Below are positions 25,625-39,517 of a stretch of DNA of 64,000 nucleotides, one piece after another. The translations under genes and the position numbers were made by a program. Origin of the DNA: Eledone cirrhosa (Eukaryota); contig OZ024740.1 of assembly GCA_964016885.1 (NCBI GenBank), positions 167,152,001 to 167,216,000 of the forward strand. The letters run 5' to 3'. The notes under the pieces are model-generated. The model was not told the origin of the DNA and made no database searches. It was given only the letters and a program-made list of their open reading frames with translations. Position 1 is the first letter of the stretch; each line of letters starts with the position of its first letter.

Positions 25625-27247
25625 AATAATAAAATTGAAGACTAAAATCCAAAGAGGGCTCGATAAGGAAAATATATATCAAATATATAAGACCCGTAGA
25701 GCAAATATTTATTAAAATAATAGATTAAAGTTTAAGCAAGGAATCGCTGCTTTCACCCTTAACGGGATCTTCTGAAACTAACAAAGTCAATATGTAAACG
25801 CAGAAGTTGATATTTCAAAAAACGTTGCAACCGGAGGAAGACAGGAAGACGATACTTTGGTTCGTGGTTAAGTTCGCTGGCAAAGAACGGGAAAAAAACG
25901 AATATTACGTCATTAATAGGTGCGGTGAAAAACAATTACGCGCAAAGACAAAACCACGTTTATAGTATAAAAGAGGTCTTAGACTAATGTTCTCTTAGGT
26001 GGTGCATAGAGACGTTCTCTGGCAATGAACGAAAAAACGAAGATAATAAGTCATATGTGGAGCGTGGAGAACAATAGCACACAAAGACAAAACCACGTAA
26101 ATGGTATAGCAGAAATCGTAGACTAAAATTCTAACTAGGAGACCAAATGAATCTCCGCTACAGAGTTAAGAACAAAGTAAATAAATACAATACAGAGATA
26201 ATAGAAACAAATAAATACATACACTCAAACAGATACGTACATACACAAGCATACGCAAAACCTTACCATGGGTATACAAAACCACGCACATATAAATATG
26301 TGTGTGTGTGTGTATGCTTGTGTACAAATAAATAATTATATAAACGTATATAAGTAAATAAATACGTATATAACAAGCGCACACGCATACCTACATATAA
26401 ATACACGAATGTTCGGAGACGTAAGTCAACTAAAACAAGAAGTACACATATACACACACCCACCATACGTACGAACCTGCACACTCACGCGGACGCAAAA
26501 CTCCCGTATACACATAGCCAAACCCTAAATACCAGAATATGTAAAAATTATACGCTATAACAGTCAAATATACGTACGAGAAGGTATACATACCTTCCCA
26601 AAACATACGGGTAATATATACTTACCTATGCAAATAAGTAAAGGAATAAACAAAACATATACTTAGCTCCCACATCAAGACGTAAAATATCCACGTATAG
26701 ATCGTGCTATCCGTTAGGGTATAACGTGGGGCTGTAATACAGGAAAGTTTTGTGCAATTTATGTTTACAAGCCGAAATTGCCTCAGATTTTTTGTTTAAG
26801 ATATGGTCTGTAGCGTAGAGTATTCCAGGGCCTCAGCGGCGCAGAGGTCACATGGTCTTTTATTTCCGTTTTTGCGTGTATGTATTTATTTGTTTCTATT
26901 ATCTCTGTATTGTATTTATTTACTTTGTTCTTAACTCTGTAGCGGAGATTCATTTGGTCTCCTAGTTAGAATTTTAGTCTACGATTTCTGCTATACCATT
27001 TACGTGGTTTTGTCTTTGCGCGTAATTGTTTTTCACCGCTCCTATTAATGACGAATTATTCGTTTTTTCCCGTTCTTTGCCAGCGAACGTAACCACGAAC
27101 CAAAGTATCGTCATCCTGTCTTCCTCCGGTTGCAACGTTTTTTGAAATATCCAGTTCTGCGTTTACATATTGACTTTGTTAGTTTCAGAAGATCCCGTTA
27201 AGGGTGAAAGCAGCGATTCTTTGCTTAAACTTTAATCTGTTATTTTA

Positions 27248-27255
<8 letters not shown>
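25625..27255 (-). mobile_element. 5'-truncated PLE (family D) with inverted terminal repeat
   Basis: 26875-27255 inverted relative to ~25705-26225; tail 25625-25705; endonuclease C-terminus at 26707-26873. Confidence 0.85.
26707..26873 (-). pseudogene. PLE endonuclease C-terminal remnant (absent from ORF track)
   Basis: KNGNKRPCDLCAAEALE/(fs)LYATDHILNKKSEAISACKHK...*, same CxLC..E...LN..E...CxH pattern as 5341-5723 and 45362-45685. Confidence 0.75.
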
Positions 27256-27320
<65 letters not shown>

Positions 27321-27618
27321 TAAACGGAATAGAAAATGCTGACAAATTGTTCACAGTGAAAAATAGTTTAATTAGGAATAAGTGATAATTAGTAATAGTA
27401 TTGGTTAGTATTAAGTTTTGGTTTTAAGTTTTATCGGTTGCGCATTTCTAATGCTTTTCAAAAATAATTTTGAGATAGAGCGTCCGTGATGTTTGCTCTA
27501 ATCTGTATATAAATATATATATATATATATATATACGTTATTCCGGGTTGAATCGGAGGTAACCACATTAAGTAAGGTACTCAATACAAATCATCAGGAA
27601 TCTAGAAATCATCAGGGA

Positions 27619-27655
27619 TTCCTGATGATTTCTAATGAATGAAACAGCTCTAGTC
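27619..27655 (+). ncRNA. Hammerhead-like core; related copy on minus strand at 31457-31493
   Basis: CTGATGA-TTTC-taat-GAAT-GAAAC-AGCTCTA-GTC; stem I not convincing. Confidence 0.4.
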
Positions 27656-27678
27656 CTGTAGAATCTCATCTATATTAA

Positions 27679-27748
<70 letters not shown>

Positions 27749-30069
27749 GTTCTTTTGGATATAAGCTTGTATGAATGTAGTTGACATTAAATCCATACAT
27801 ACGATTTGTATATACAGGCACATAGATATGCTTTAATTGGTGGGTAGAAACGAATGTAGACCTTGGTAATTTATATATTTGAAATTGACTGGCGCCATCA
27901 AACAAATTGGGTATTATAGCATTTAAATTGTTTTTCTTTAAAATTTAGCAACATATAACTTATACTCACTCGAATGGCAAGTAAATGAAATATATCAGTG
28001 TTTTCTGTTTGATCCTGAAGCATAAAGAAGGCTTACTTGCGTGTGGTTACTATTCACTTGCACTCAGTGTAATGAACGCAGTGCACCATTACTAAATTAA
28101 ATGACCAGTAGCCCGAAGACTAATATCATTTTACCAAATAATATTGATGAAATTCATTGACTTAAGGCTCTACCCAACCTTTTATGTTCATAGTAACGTC
28201 AACAGAATCGACTGCAATACACTTCATAAATTTATTTTCTCTGATGTGGAGACTAAAATACATAGAGCCTCTAGCAATAATGGAACTTAGAAAATAAATG
28301 AAGTAAGCTGTATATTGTTACAAACATGTACTTTACAACACTACTTTTTTTGTCGCATTTATATCTTCATCAAATGTAGCCTACCATTAATTTACTCGGG
28401 GAAGCAATGTTCGGTGAACGTTTAATCAAATTAAACCATACCAAGTAACCGACTTCATCCCTACTGGAGGAAGAATGAAGATTAAATTACGCATAGTTAG
28501 GAGTGTTGTTAATGAGCTGCCTATAATATTCATATAAAACGATCCTTGTGATTATGTAGCAGAAAGCGTCCCTCGGTTATTTTAACTAACACAAATTTTA
28601 ACGTACTTAGTTTGGCAGAGATGTCTTGTTACTATGAAGTTGAATTCTTATCCCTGTAGCGGTAATTACGCTTTCACCTTTATGCGAATTTGCCAGTTGG
28701 ATATATTATTTGAAACAATTTATTTTACCTTGTATGTGCACTAAATGTTCTTACAAAGTGTGTGGAATAATAATTCCCTAATTTCCTATGCTGTATCATA
28801 CTACATGCTGCCTGGATAAAGATAAATATGATAATATTAGTCATAAATTAATATTTTGCATCCATATATAACATTTAATGCTTTGGCGCCACAATATAGT
28901 ACTAATTGTCTCATCAAAATCAATACTTATTGCTAATGAATACTTTCTGATTAATATTTGTGTACAAGAACGAAAGTTTTCATTCTTTCTTTTTTTTAGA
29001 GAGAAGTAATCGATAAAATTGACAACACTACGTAACAGGTATTCATTATATCAACTAATGTAGGATGAAACGCAAAGGAATGAATGCAAAGTGAACCAAT
29101 ATAGGTGACAAGACCAGATGATCGAAATTTACTAACAGCCTCTCTATTTCTCTCTTCTGAATTCAAACCTGATCATGATCGAAAGACTGGTTATATATAT
29201 ATATATACGTGTGTGAAAAGTCATAATTACAATTATTAAGGCGAGTCATATCAAATATTTATTTCATATCGACACAATTAATGTTTCCATTTATCTTAGA
29301 ATAGCATTGTCGTGTTCCTATTAAGAAGTAATGTGTAACTATGTCGGTGGAGGCGATATTGTTGGTGATGAAATGTATTCCGAAATCTACAAATCCTACA
29401 GAAAGCATATAATAAAGAAAAAGCTTTGATCCACTTGAAATATATATCTCAGCGTCATGTTCATTACAAATAAGTAACATGATAAAGCTATTTGATAAAT
29501 ACAATCGTTTTATCATCTTAACATATTATCATTTTCATCACAGCCAAAACGACGTCTTTTTCTCATTGGTAAACATATAGGATAGGATTTTACGTATTTT
29601 CATTTCTACTTCCTCTTATTTATCAGCTTCTTAATTCTTCAAATATATATATATATGTTTTATTCTTTCTCCGTCTTCTACTACCGTACACGCCAAAAGG
29701 CACATGCAAACATTATGTGAATGTGTTAACGAAATATATTAACTCAAATATTTCAAATAATATTTGTTTGAATATGATCTAGATGTAATTAGAGATAGTA
29801 AATAATATATAAGTTGGAGCACTTGAAATGAATTGCAACAAAAGCATGATTCTTTGTTGACATATACGTTTCAAATGGGAAAAGTATTTCATATTAGAGA
29901 TATATGAGCATATTACAGCATGGTATTCCAAAGCTATCCTAGTTCCGAACTTGTTCTAAGTAATTGAGCTAGTGAAAAACCATTTTAGCTATTTACCCAA
30001 ACTACAACATGCCGAAAATATATAAGTACACCCCCTCACACAGGTACACGCACACACACATACACAGAC

Positions 30070-30136
<67 letters not shown>

Positions 30137-30265
30137 GGTGTGTATGTATGTATGTATTGAGAATAATAAAAGGAAAGCGAAAAGTAAATATAAACGTAAT
30201 TATACGCAAAATCTTATGGAGAAATAGATTGTCAATATACATATGAAAATTTGATTGCATTGTTA

Positions 30266-30357
<92 letters not shown>

Positions 30358-30365
30358 TATATATA

Positions 30366-30780
30366 TGTAGGAGGTGAGTTTTATTGTAGTACAATAAAGC
30401 AATGCAGATATCGGATAAGAAGCACTCTACAGTTTGTAGGACTGGAGTATACATAATATAAGATCAAAAGATGGTTAAAGGAGTTCCATGTATTTTATTA
30501 TGCGCATTTCAAAAACAAACATCATCATGCAATAATATTTGTATTTTCATCAGATAAAACAGGAGAACATGATATGAAGGCTAAAAAACACTTGTGGATA
30601 GTGCAGTTTTAAATCAACATATGTTGATTTAAAACTGCACTATCCACAAGTGTTTTTTAGCCTTCATATCATGTTCTCCTGTTTTATCTGATGAAAATAC
30701 AAATATTATTGCATGATGATGTTTGTTTTTGAAATGCGCATAATAAAATACATGGAACTCCTTTAACCATCTTTTGATCT

Positions 30781-30788
<8 letters not shown>
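30366..30788. mobile_element. Family A fold-back element: perfect 336-bp palindrome plus tail
   Basis: 30453-30788 symmetric about 30620/30621 with no loop; unpaired tail 30366-30452; (TA)n on both sides. Confidence 0.9.
30680..30750 (+). ncRNA. Type I hammerhead ribozyme motif (family A); mirror copy at 30491-30561 (-)
   Basis: TGTTTTAT-CTGATGA-long stem II-GAAA-TGCGCA-TA-ATAAAATA. Confidence 0.8.
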
Positions 30789-30869
<81 letters not shown>

Positions 30870-31702
30870 TATATATATATATATATATATATATTAATAT
30901 TCAGAAACTCTTCAAAAGAAATACGATAACCATGTCATACATAGCATCTGTTTCTCAATAATGTGTTTTGATATACTAAATAGTTCGTTTGTGTACAATC
31001 TGGGAACATGTATCTCAGCTACAGAATTAAAGGAGGTTGAAATAAGAGAAATTTCAAACCATTTTGAGACAGAATTAAAGACTTTGTGACTCTTATCGCT
31101 CACAAATTAGGGCATATAATGTCTAATATGATTTAGATAAAAATCTTTGCCATTAATTTTTAATTTGAAATTAATTAGTTTCCACGGGAAATTGCAATAA
31201 GCTGGAGGAAACTACTTACCAAAATCTTACATTTTAATCTAAACTGTTCTGTAAAGTTAAAGCAAATAAGTACAAACTCGCCATATCTTAATACTTTGGA
31301 AATTGAATATGTGCGATTACTTTTAACCTAAGGACAATAATAAATTAAATAGAATAGCTCCAATTGTGAGCAAAACTTTCCCCGTGGAGACTTCCCTCTT
31401 CGTTCAATGCTTAATACAATATATATATTTTTTTTAAATATAGAAATGGCTTCTACAGTACTAGAACTGTTTCATTCGAAGGAAATCATCAGGAAAGCCA
31501 ATGTCCATGTGATATAGTGGTATTTATACATTTTATGAGGATGGGAGGTGGTGATGGGGATGGATGGAGGGCATTGGCTGATGGATCTAAAGAATTGGGA
31601 TTCTTTGAAAAAACTATATTTAGAGAAAAATATATAGTCATCCCTCTAGCCTTTTCTACTGTATTTTTTTTTTCCTTTTTACTATTTGTTTATATATATA
31701 TA

Positions 31703-31903
31703 TTTCGTTTCTGAATTTGTTTAGCAAGATTCTTTATCTGAAAACGTGTGTTGAAACCGATATTGTTATACTTTGGGAGGGTCATGTTGCCAATAATTTT
31801 TTATTTATTTATTTATTTATTTATTTTTTTTATTTATAATAAATTGGAGTGAAAGCAACTGGTGCGTGTGTTTCTTATTGGCAACATGGCCCTCCCAAAG
31901 TAT

Positions 31904-31910
<7 letters not shown>
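31703..31910. mobile_element. Family C minimal fold-back element
   Basis: Minus-strand tail copy 31703-31796 and plus-strand copy ending AAAGTATAACAATAT-(AT)n. Confidence 0.8.
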
Positions 31911-31951
<41 letters not shown>

Positions 31952-32540
31952 TCTTATATTATAAGATCTTTCTTTATTTGTAGCAGGGTTAACGTGATGG
32001 GATAAGGAAGACCGCTCGTCATCATGTTTGTTTTACCAACTTTGGTATGGTATCATATAGGTAGCGTAGGACGGGGTTACATGCATCAATAATTCAATAT
32101 GATTGCTAGATTTCATAAATAATTTTATTACATAATAGCCAGGATACATGTTTCTGTAGGGAAATGCTAACATCACGAAACCATGACGCAACTCATGACA
32201 TCGTTAGATGGAACATTAGTTAATCAATATGTAACCCATATGGAAGCCCCCGCATTGTATTGTTATGGGGACCGTTCTAATTGGATGTACTTATTCCCTG
32301 AGACAGGCCTTTGAAATAAAGACATCAGATTTAGGATTGTCTCTATATCAATACATTATGTTGCCTTGCATATGGTTTACATATGGATTACGGTATGTAC
32401 CATCTGTCAACAGCGTGTCATGGAATGCGTATTGGTATCATGACGAAACTATTTCTTCCCAGAAATGCACATCATGTCAATTGCATAATCAAAGAATTTA
32501 TAGAACCTAGTCTTCATATTTGTTATTGATGCATCCCCGC

Positions 32541-32614
<74 letters not shown>

Positions 32615-33742
32615 TGCACACACACACAGACACACACATGCACCCACACACGCACACACACATGAACACACACACACACGAGCACACGCACACAGACACA
32701 TACACACACACACATACACACACACACACATACACATACACACACATACACACACTTGGCAAGCTAATTAGAACAGTGGATTAACCCCTTTATTTTCTTC
32801 AGACGAAGAAATATCAGGATATACAAATAAATTTAAGGTAAAAGACTAATTGTCAGTGATATATTTTGCCTTTTATTTATATTCTATATCTATACCTGCA
32901 TTGTTCTGGCCTTCTAACTTCAAACGTTTATATATATATATATTTATTGTTGTCAAGATTAGGATAAAGATGATAAAACTGAGGAAAGGTAGTGGAGGAG
33001 CAGAAACTGCATAATGGTGATCATAATGAAGGTTTGGATAATCTTTGTCGTTACAGATAATATTTTGCATTGAAAATGTTAACTTGAGAGGAAATTAAGC
33101 AAGATTAAACACTAAACGAAACGGTAAAGTTGGACATAAATAACAACATGAAAGTATAACTGACTGATGAACCCAATAAATGAATAAAATGATAATAAAT
33201 AATACTATACATAGAAATCTGTAGATAATAAAGTAATAACTAGTAACTAAAGTGAAAAAAAAGGAAAAACGTGAAAAAAAAGAAAAAAGGTAAAAGAATC
33301 CCAAGCAAAAATTGTGAGAAAGTAATTGAATGTCATGCAATTTACTGAATGATTGACTCTGTCATAGAATATCAATTTTAGGTAGATTGATAGTGGAAGG
33401 AAAATAGACATAAATAGATAAAAGAGAAAGAAGGGAAGAAACGTTATATGTTGAAGAAATTTAAGAGAGATGTGTGTAAGATGCACAAGAAATTGTTAAT
33501 AAGACAAATATAAAAAAATTAGAAATGAATTAGAAAATAAATCCGGAGAACTTTGCGCTAACCGTCATGTAAATGCATAAGGATACTTTAATATAGGTGA
33601 TAGAGAGAATATTGCAAGTTAAATTACACAATCTTAAAAATAAATAAACAGTAACTCGATATATGACCGAAAGTACACATATGAATGAGCGCTATCACAC
33701 AAAAACGAACAATTCCGCCTACGATTATAAGTATAGGTAAAG

Positions 33743-34030
33743 CTGTATGGGAGACTCCCAAAGATCAGGTTGAAAGTAGCACAGCAGAGACTGAGGCTAG
33801 CTGAGCATGCTCACTGGCATCCAGAGTTGACACTGCACTCAGTGCTGCAGTGGAAGCCCCTGCATAGACACACTAGAAGATGGAGACCGAGGTTGACATG
33901 TTGAAGTCCTAAGGAAAGACACTGGTCACTTGGAGACGCAGGACATGCCAGCGATGATAAGGGACAGATACTACTGGAGAGAACTTGTCCATGAATCGCG
34001 GGAATTTTACCCGCCCCAGATAGATGTATA
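33743..34030 (+). pseudogene. RTE-clade LINE C-terminal fragment
   Basis: LYGRLPKI...QRLRLAEH...LQWKPLH...RRWRPRLT/(fs)VEVLRKDTG...MIRDRYYWRELV. Confidence 0.75.
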
Positions 34031-34383
34031 GATGTCTTCATATTTTAGTATATATGTCACTCATTGTTTGTCATTATGATAGTGTGTTATAATTATGATA
34101 GTGTGTTATAATTTCCAATATTCACACCTTAACGAATATTGAAGAATCTTTATGCATTTATAAGACTGGTGGCCGCAATATTCGTCAAATATATTTCCAT
34201 AAATGTACGTATATATATATATATAAACATTCAGCGAGAATCGCATTTCGGCGAGTAGAAAAAGCGAAACGTAACGCAAATTCCGAGTCATGCTGGTAAG
34301 CGCTCCATAGTCTAAAAGACTAGAGCAATAAACATAGGTTATAAAGGCCATACAAACTGAGAAGGCGCTCAAGAGTCTATAGA

Positions 34384-34453
<70 letters not shown>

Positions 34454-35007
34454 CGCGCGTGTGTGTGTGGATGGGTGTGTGTGTAAATGTAAACATAAAC
34501 GATGAAATTTCGTATATATGTACTTAGCTTTTCATTGTGTATCGACCTTTTCCGCGGGTTTCGCAAATGATTACCTCAATATCACCCAACACGTATGGAC
34601 CGACTCAATTATCGATCTGTATTTTCTTTTTTTTTGTCTTTTATAAATCGACAGTCTCGAGAAGAGATAACTGAGTCGGGTCCTTAACTAGTTTCGGTGG
34701 TTTGAGTAAGCGGTCGATAGAAAATAAATAACTAAATACATATAAACGGAACTTCATCTCTTTTCTTAATATATAAACACTGGCTGTGTATGTTGTTCAT
34801 TTTGCTACCACCACTAGTAATTCAGAGAAGCATATTTATATGTGTTCAATCAGGAGTAACCACGTAAGGTACTGAATACATTAGTAGAGTGTAAGCATGA
34901 AGTTATGTTAGATGTCCACACCTGTTGTTTATATCCTTTGACTAGTTGGTGTATGCGCCAAGATATTTGAAATTATCACTAAGAAATTTATATATATATA
35001 TAATAGT

Positions 35008-35197
35008 AATTGTTTCTACTATTGGGACAAGTCCAGCAATTACCCGGTACATTACTTGTACTTTATTTTATCGACCTCGTAAGGATGAAAGGCAAAGTTA
35101 ACCTCGGCGGGATTTGAACTCAGAATGGCAAGGGCCGTAACTCTATGCGTCAAAGCCTGGCGTCCGACCCTCTACCTATACTGCCAATCCATCACAC
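35008..35197 (-). mobile_element. tRNA-derived SINE (same family as 2804)
   Basis: GGATGAAAGGCAAAGTTAACCTCGGCGGGATTTGAACTC core shared. Confidence 0.9.
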
Positions 35198-35342
35198 TAT
35201 TATTTATAGTTATATATAAACTATATATAGTTATAAACAGGAAAGGTCAGTATTTTCTTAATTTTTACCACCTTATTACCAGTATGAAAAATAGCTCAAT
35301 GTAAATACATCAGATGCCTAACAGACCAGGAATATACACACA

Positions 35343-35652
<310 letters not shown>

Positions 35653-35670
35653 ATATATATATATATATAT

Positions 35671-35700
35671 ACTAACATTAAAGCCCGGCGTTGCTCGGGG
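35671..35700 (+). mobile_element. Possible Helitron/Helentron-type terminal motif
   Basis: ACTAACATTAAAGCCCGGCGTTGCTCGGG small hairpin directly after (TA)n; resembles recalled Helentron ends. Confidence 0.35.
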
Positions 35701-36175
35701 TCAGTAAGTTTCCAAAGTTAGGTTGCACCACCCATTTTATGGCAGCACTTTTTTGTGTGCCAGGTACTGGGTGAATGAATTGCAGACCTGGATTGCCGAA
35801 GCAGGAGCTGCGCCAGCAGTGACAATTGTAGTTTCGCCTATGGATATTATCTCTGTGCAAAGAAGTGTTGACATTTATTGTTTCACAGTACTTGCGCAAC
35901 ACGCGCGTAGACGATGCCAGCCGAACAACAGAGCTGCGATGGAGTTGTTCTGCATGGTTGTCTAATGTGTGTTTTCTAAATTTAAGACAGTAGGGAGGGG
36001 TGTGTGTGGGGGAGAGTTATCTGCTGTTTCTAGCAGGTTTAGTGACCTCATAGAGGATATTATTGTGTATAGTAAATAAACTGATACTTGTTTCTTCCAC
36101 GTTCGTTGAGAGGTTTTAAAAAAGATTTATCGCTATTTTTTTTGTTGTTGAATAAATTTATCTGTTGCTTTTGAA

Positions 36176-36365
36176 TAATTGTTTCTACTTTAGGCACAAG
36201 GCCAGCAATTACCCAGTGCATTACTGGTACTTTATTTTATCGACCCCGTAAGGATGAAAGGCAAAGTCAACCTCGACAGGATTTGAACTCAGATCGTAAA
36301 GGGACTTAACTATGCTGGAAAGCATGGCGTCCGACCCTCTACCGATGCTGCCAATATAGCGCCTT
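36176..36365 (-). mobile_element. tRNA-derived SINE
   Basis: Near full-length match to 2804-2991. Confidence 0.9.
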
Positions 36366-36723
36366 TTATAGATAATGATATATATATATATTTGTGTGTG
36401 TGTGTATGTGTGTGCATGGGTGTGAGTGCAGAAGGGGGTCATCCAATGTAAGAGACAATCTCAGGAAATCACCACAGTGTTAAGGCATTAAGCCTAATAT
36501 TGTTAAATGATGTGCGTATTGGGACGCCAGAAAACAGGTAGAGAGAAATACAATTATACCTTTCGGTGAATTACACGAACAAAGTCGAAGAAAGAAAAGA
36601 AATTGTTACAAATAAAAGTGTTTTAAAAGAGAACGTAGGAAAAGAGTGGAAAAAGGTGCGCAAATGCGTAGCCAGAAGAGGAAAAAACATAGAAAAGATG
36701 AAAAATATAATAGGAAATAATAA

Positions 36724-36905
36724 CTATTTCTACTTTAGGCACAAAGCCAGCAAATACCCAGTGCATTACTGGTACTTTAGTTTATCGACCCCGTAAGGAT
36801 GAAAGGCAAAGTTGCCCTCGGCGGGATTTGAACTCAGATCGTAAAGGAACGTAACTATGCTGCAAAGCATGGAGTCCGGCCCTCTACCGATACTGCCAAT
36901 CCACC
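36724..36905 (-). mobile_element. tRNA-derived SINE with 11-bp TSD
   Basis: Match to 2804-2991; TSD GGAAATAATAA at 36713-36723 and 36906-36916. Confidence 0.9.
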
Positions 36906-37079
36906 GGAAATAATAATGGCTGCAAATCCAACGTGTAGACATTCAGGCGTAGAAAAAGTCGGAAGCGAGATAGAGGGAGAAAATCCCGGCTGTGTAACGA
37001 CCAATAATATAGCTTTAAAAAACCTTAAATATATATATACACTCACACACATACGGAAATATTTGTATACATACATTTT

Positions 37080-37423
37080 TTTTCTGAGGCCCCAGTCGGT
37101 CACGAATGAGATGGTTTCGCACCTAGAACGTGTCCCTCCAAGGCGCAAGTCTGGACAAGGTTTTTCTTTTGTGGAATACTAGTAGTCACATACGCATACC
37201 AGTCTCCCCTCTTTACGCCACCGATTTTGTCCAAGAAAAAGCCAGCGGCCGATATAGCTTGGCACCAGTGACGTGAAAACTCATTTCTACAGCTGAGTAA
37301 ATTGGAGCAGCGTAAAATAAAGTGTCTTGCTCAAGGAAACAGCACATCATCCTGTCCAAGAATCGTACTCACAATCTCTCAATTTCAAGCACAATGCTCT
37401 AACCACTAAGCCATGTGCCTTCA
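37080..37423 (-). mobile_element. Second tRNA-derived SINE family (CORE-like body)
   Basis: Head GAAGGCACATGGCTTAGTGGTTAGAGCA, degenerate B-box, body CCTTGAGCAAGACACTT. Confidence 0.75.
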
Positions 37424-37572
37424 CATATATATATCGACAAGTGATCAACACGATCCCAGACCTCGTTCGCTTAACAAATTAGCTGAAGCTCGTCAAATCG
37501 GAATTAGGAAATGTTTCCATAGGTCTTTCCAATTCCATATACTATCTTTTGGTCGCAAATCCAGGCAGAAGG

Positions 37573-37747
37573 AGCAACGTGAAATAAAGTGTCTTGATCA
37601 AGGACATAACGCATCATCTGATCCGGGAATCGAAATCACAACCTCATGTGGTTAGAGAATTGAATACGCAATCGTTAGGTTGTGATTTCGATTCCCAGAC
37701 AGGGCGATGCGTTATGTACTTGAGCATGACACTTTATTTCATGTTGC
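37573..37747. mobile_element. Head-to-head inverted pair of second-family SINE fragments
   Basis: GGGAATCGAAATCACAACCT / AGGTTGTGATTTCGATTCCC with diverged flanking arms. Confidence 0.75.
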
Positions 37748-37765
37748 AATCTTACTGGATGTGGT

Positions 37766-38040
<275 letters not shown>

Positions 38041-38392
38041 CCCTAACCACATCCAGCGATAATTCTGGCTCCCAAAATGTGAAGTTGTAGATTAGTCACA
38101 ACCATATGCGTCCTATTGAACAATATTGAATATTCCAGGTTTCTCGGCAGCATGGTGAATATGACCTTCAATTCAAGATTGTAGAGAAATTCACCGGCAT
38201 AATGTATAATAAGGTCCCCGTTGACAACTTTGTCGATACATTTATAAGTCTGGCTACCTCTGTTGGCATGTGAACAGAACTGCAGATACTAATGTTTCTG
38301 GGTATCACCCTTCATCAGTACAGATCACTGTTCACCTGCTAAACTGTCAGATCTAGTGAAAATATATGCTATTTTCAAAAATACACAGTGAT

Positions 38393-38491
38393 TGATCAGC
38401 CTGAATTGCATATTGCCAGACTGGCTGATCAGTCAGATCTGCATATTAGCAGATCCACTGATCAACCAGATTTGCATATCAGCAGACTGGC
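38393..38491. repeat. Three-copy 33-bp tandem repeat
   Basis: Units start at 38393, 38426 and 38459; consensus TGATCAGCCAGATTTGCATATTAGCAGACTGGC. Confidence 0.85.
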
Positions 38492-38531
38492 GATAAATGG
38501 CCGGCTTTGCCGAATTCAAATAAAAAAGATG

Positions 38532-38597
<66 letters not shown>

Positions 38598-38614
38598 ATA
38601 CAAATTCAGAAACG

Positions 38615-38667
<53 letters not shown>

Positions 38668-38673
<6 letters not shown>

Positions 38674-39367
38674 TAACAGATTAAAGTTTAAGCAAAGAAT
38701 CGCTACTTTCAGCCTTAACGGGATCTTCTGAAACTAACAAAGTCAATCTGTAAACGCACAACTGGATATTTCAAAGAATGTGTATGTATTTATTTCTATT
38801 ACTTCTGTATTGTATTTATTTACTTTGTTCTTAACTCTGTAGCGGAGATTCATTTGGTCTCCTAGTTAGAATTTTAGTCTACGACTTCTGCTATACCATT
38901 TACGTGGTTTGTCTTTGCGTGCTATTGTTCTCCACGCTCCACATATGACTTATTATCTTCGTTTTTTCGTTCATTGCCAGAGAACGTCTCTATGCACCAC
39001 CTAAGAGAACATTAGTCTACGACCTCTTTTATACCTGAACGTGGTTCTGTCTTTGCGCGTAAATGTTTTTCACCGCTCCTTTTAATGACGTATTATTCGT
39101 TTTTTCCCGTTCTTTGCCAGCGGACGTTTCCACGAACCAAAGTGTCGTCTTCCTGTCTTCTTCCGGTTGCAACGTTTATTTAAATATCCAGTTCTGCGTT
39201 TACAGATTGACTTTGTTAGTTTCAGAAGATCCCGTTAAGGGTGAAAGCAGCGATTCTTTGCTTAAACTTTAATCTGTTATTTTAATAAATATATGCTCTA
39301 CGGTTCTTATATATTTGATATATATTTATCCTTATCGAGCCCTCTTTGGATTTTAGTCTTCAATTTT
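38668..39367 (+). mobile_element. Family D fold-back element
   Basis: 38668-38775 inverted relative to ~39180-39288; main copy 38780-39367 with tail; matches 25625-26225. Confidence 0.85.
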
Positions 39368-39445
39368 ACGGGGTCGATAAAATAAAGTACCAGTAATGAA
39401 CTGGGTAATTGCTGGCCTTGTGCCTAAAGTAGATACACTTATTAT

Positions 39446-39448
<3 letters not shown>
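39368..39448 (+). mobile_element. 5'-truncated SINE
   Basis: ACGGGGTCGATAAAATAAAGTACCAG...GGCCTTGTGCCTAAAGTAGA. Confidence 0.85.

Positions 39449-39517
<69 letters not shown>

Noticed and set aside
38393-38491. CRISPR-like periodicity
   Set aside because: Contiguous tandem units without unique spacers, no cas genes, eukaryotic context.
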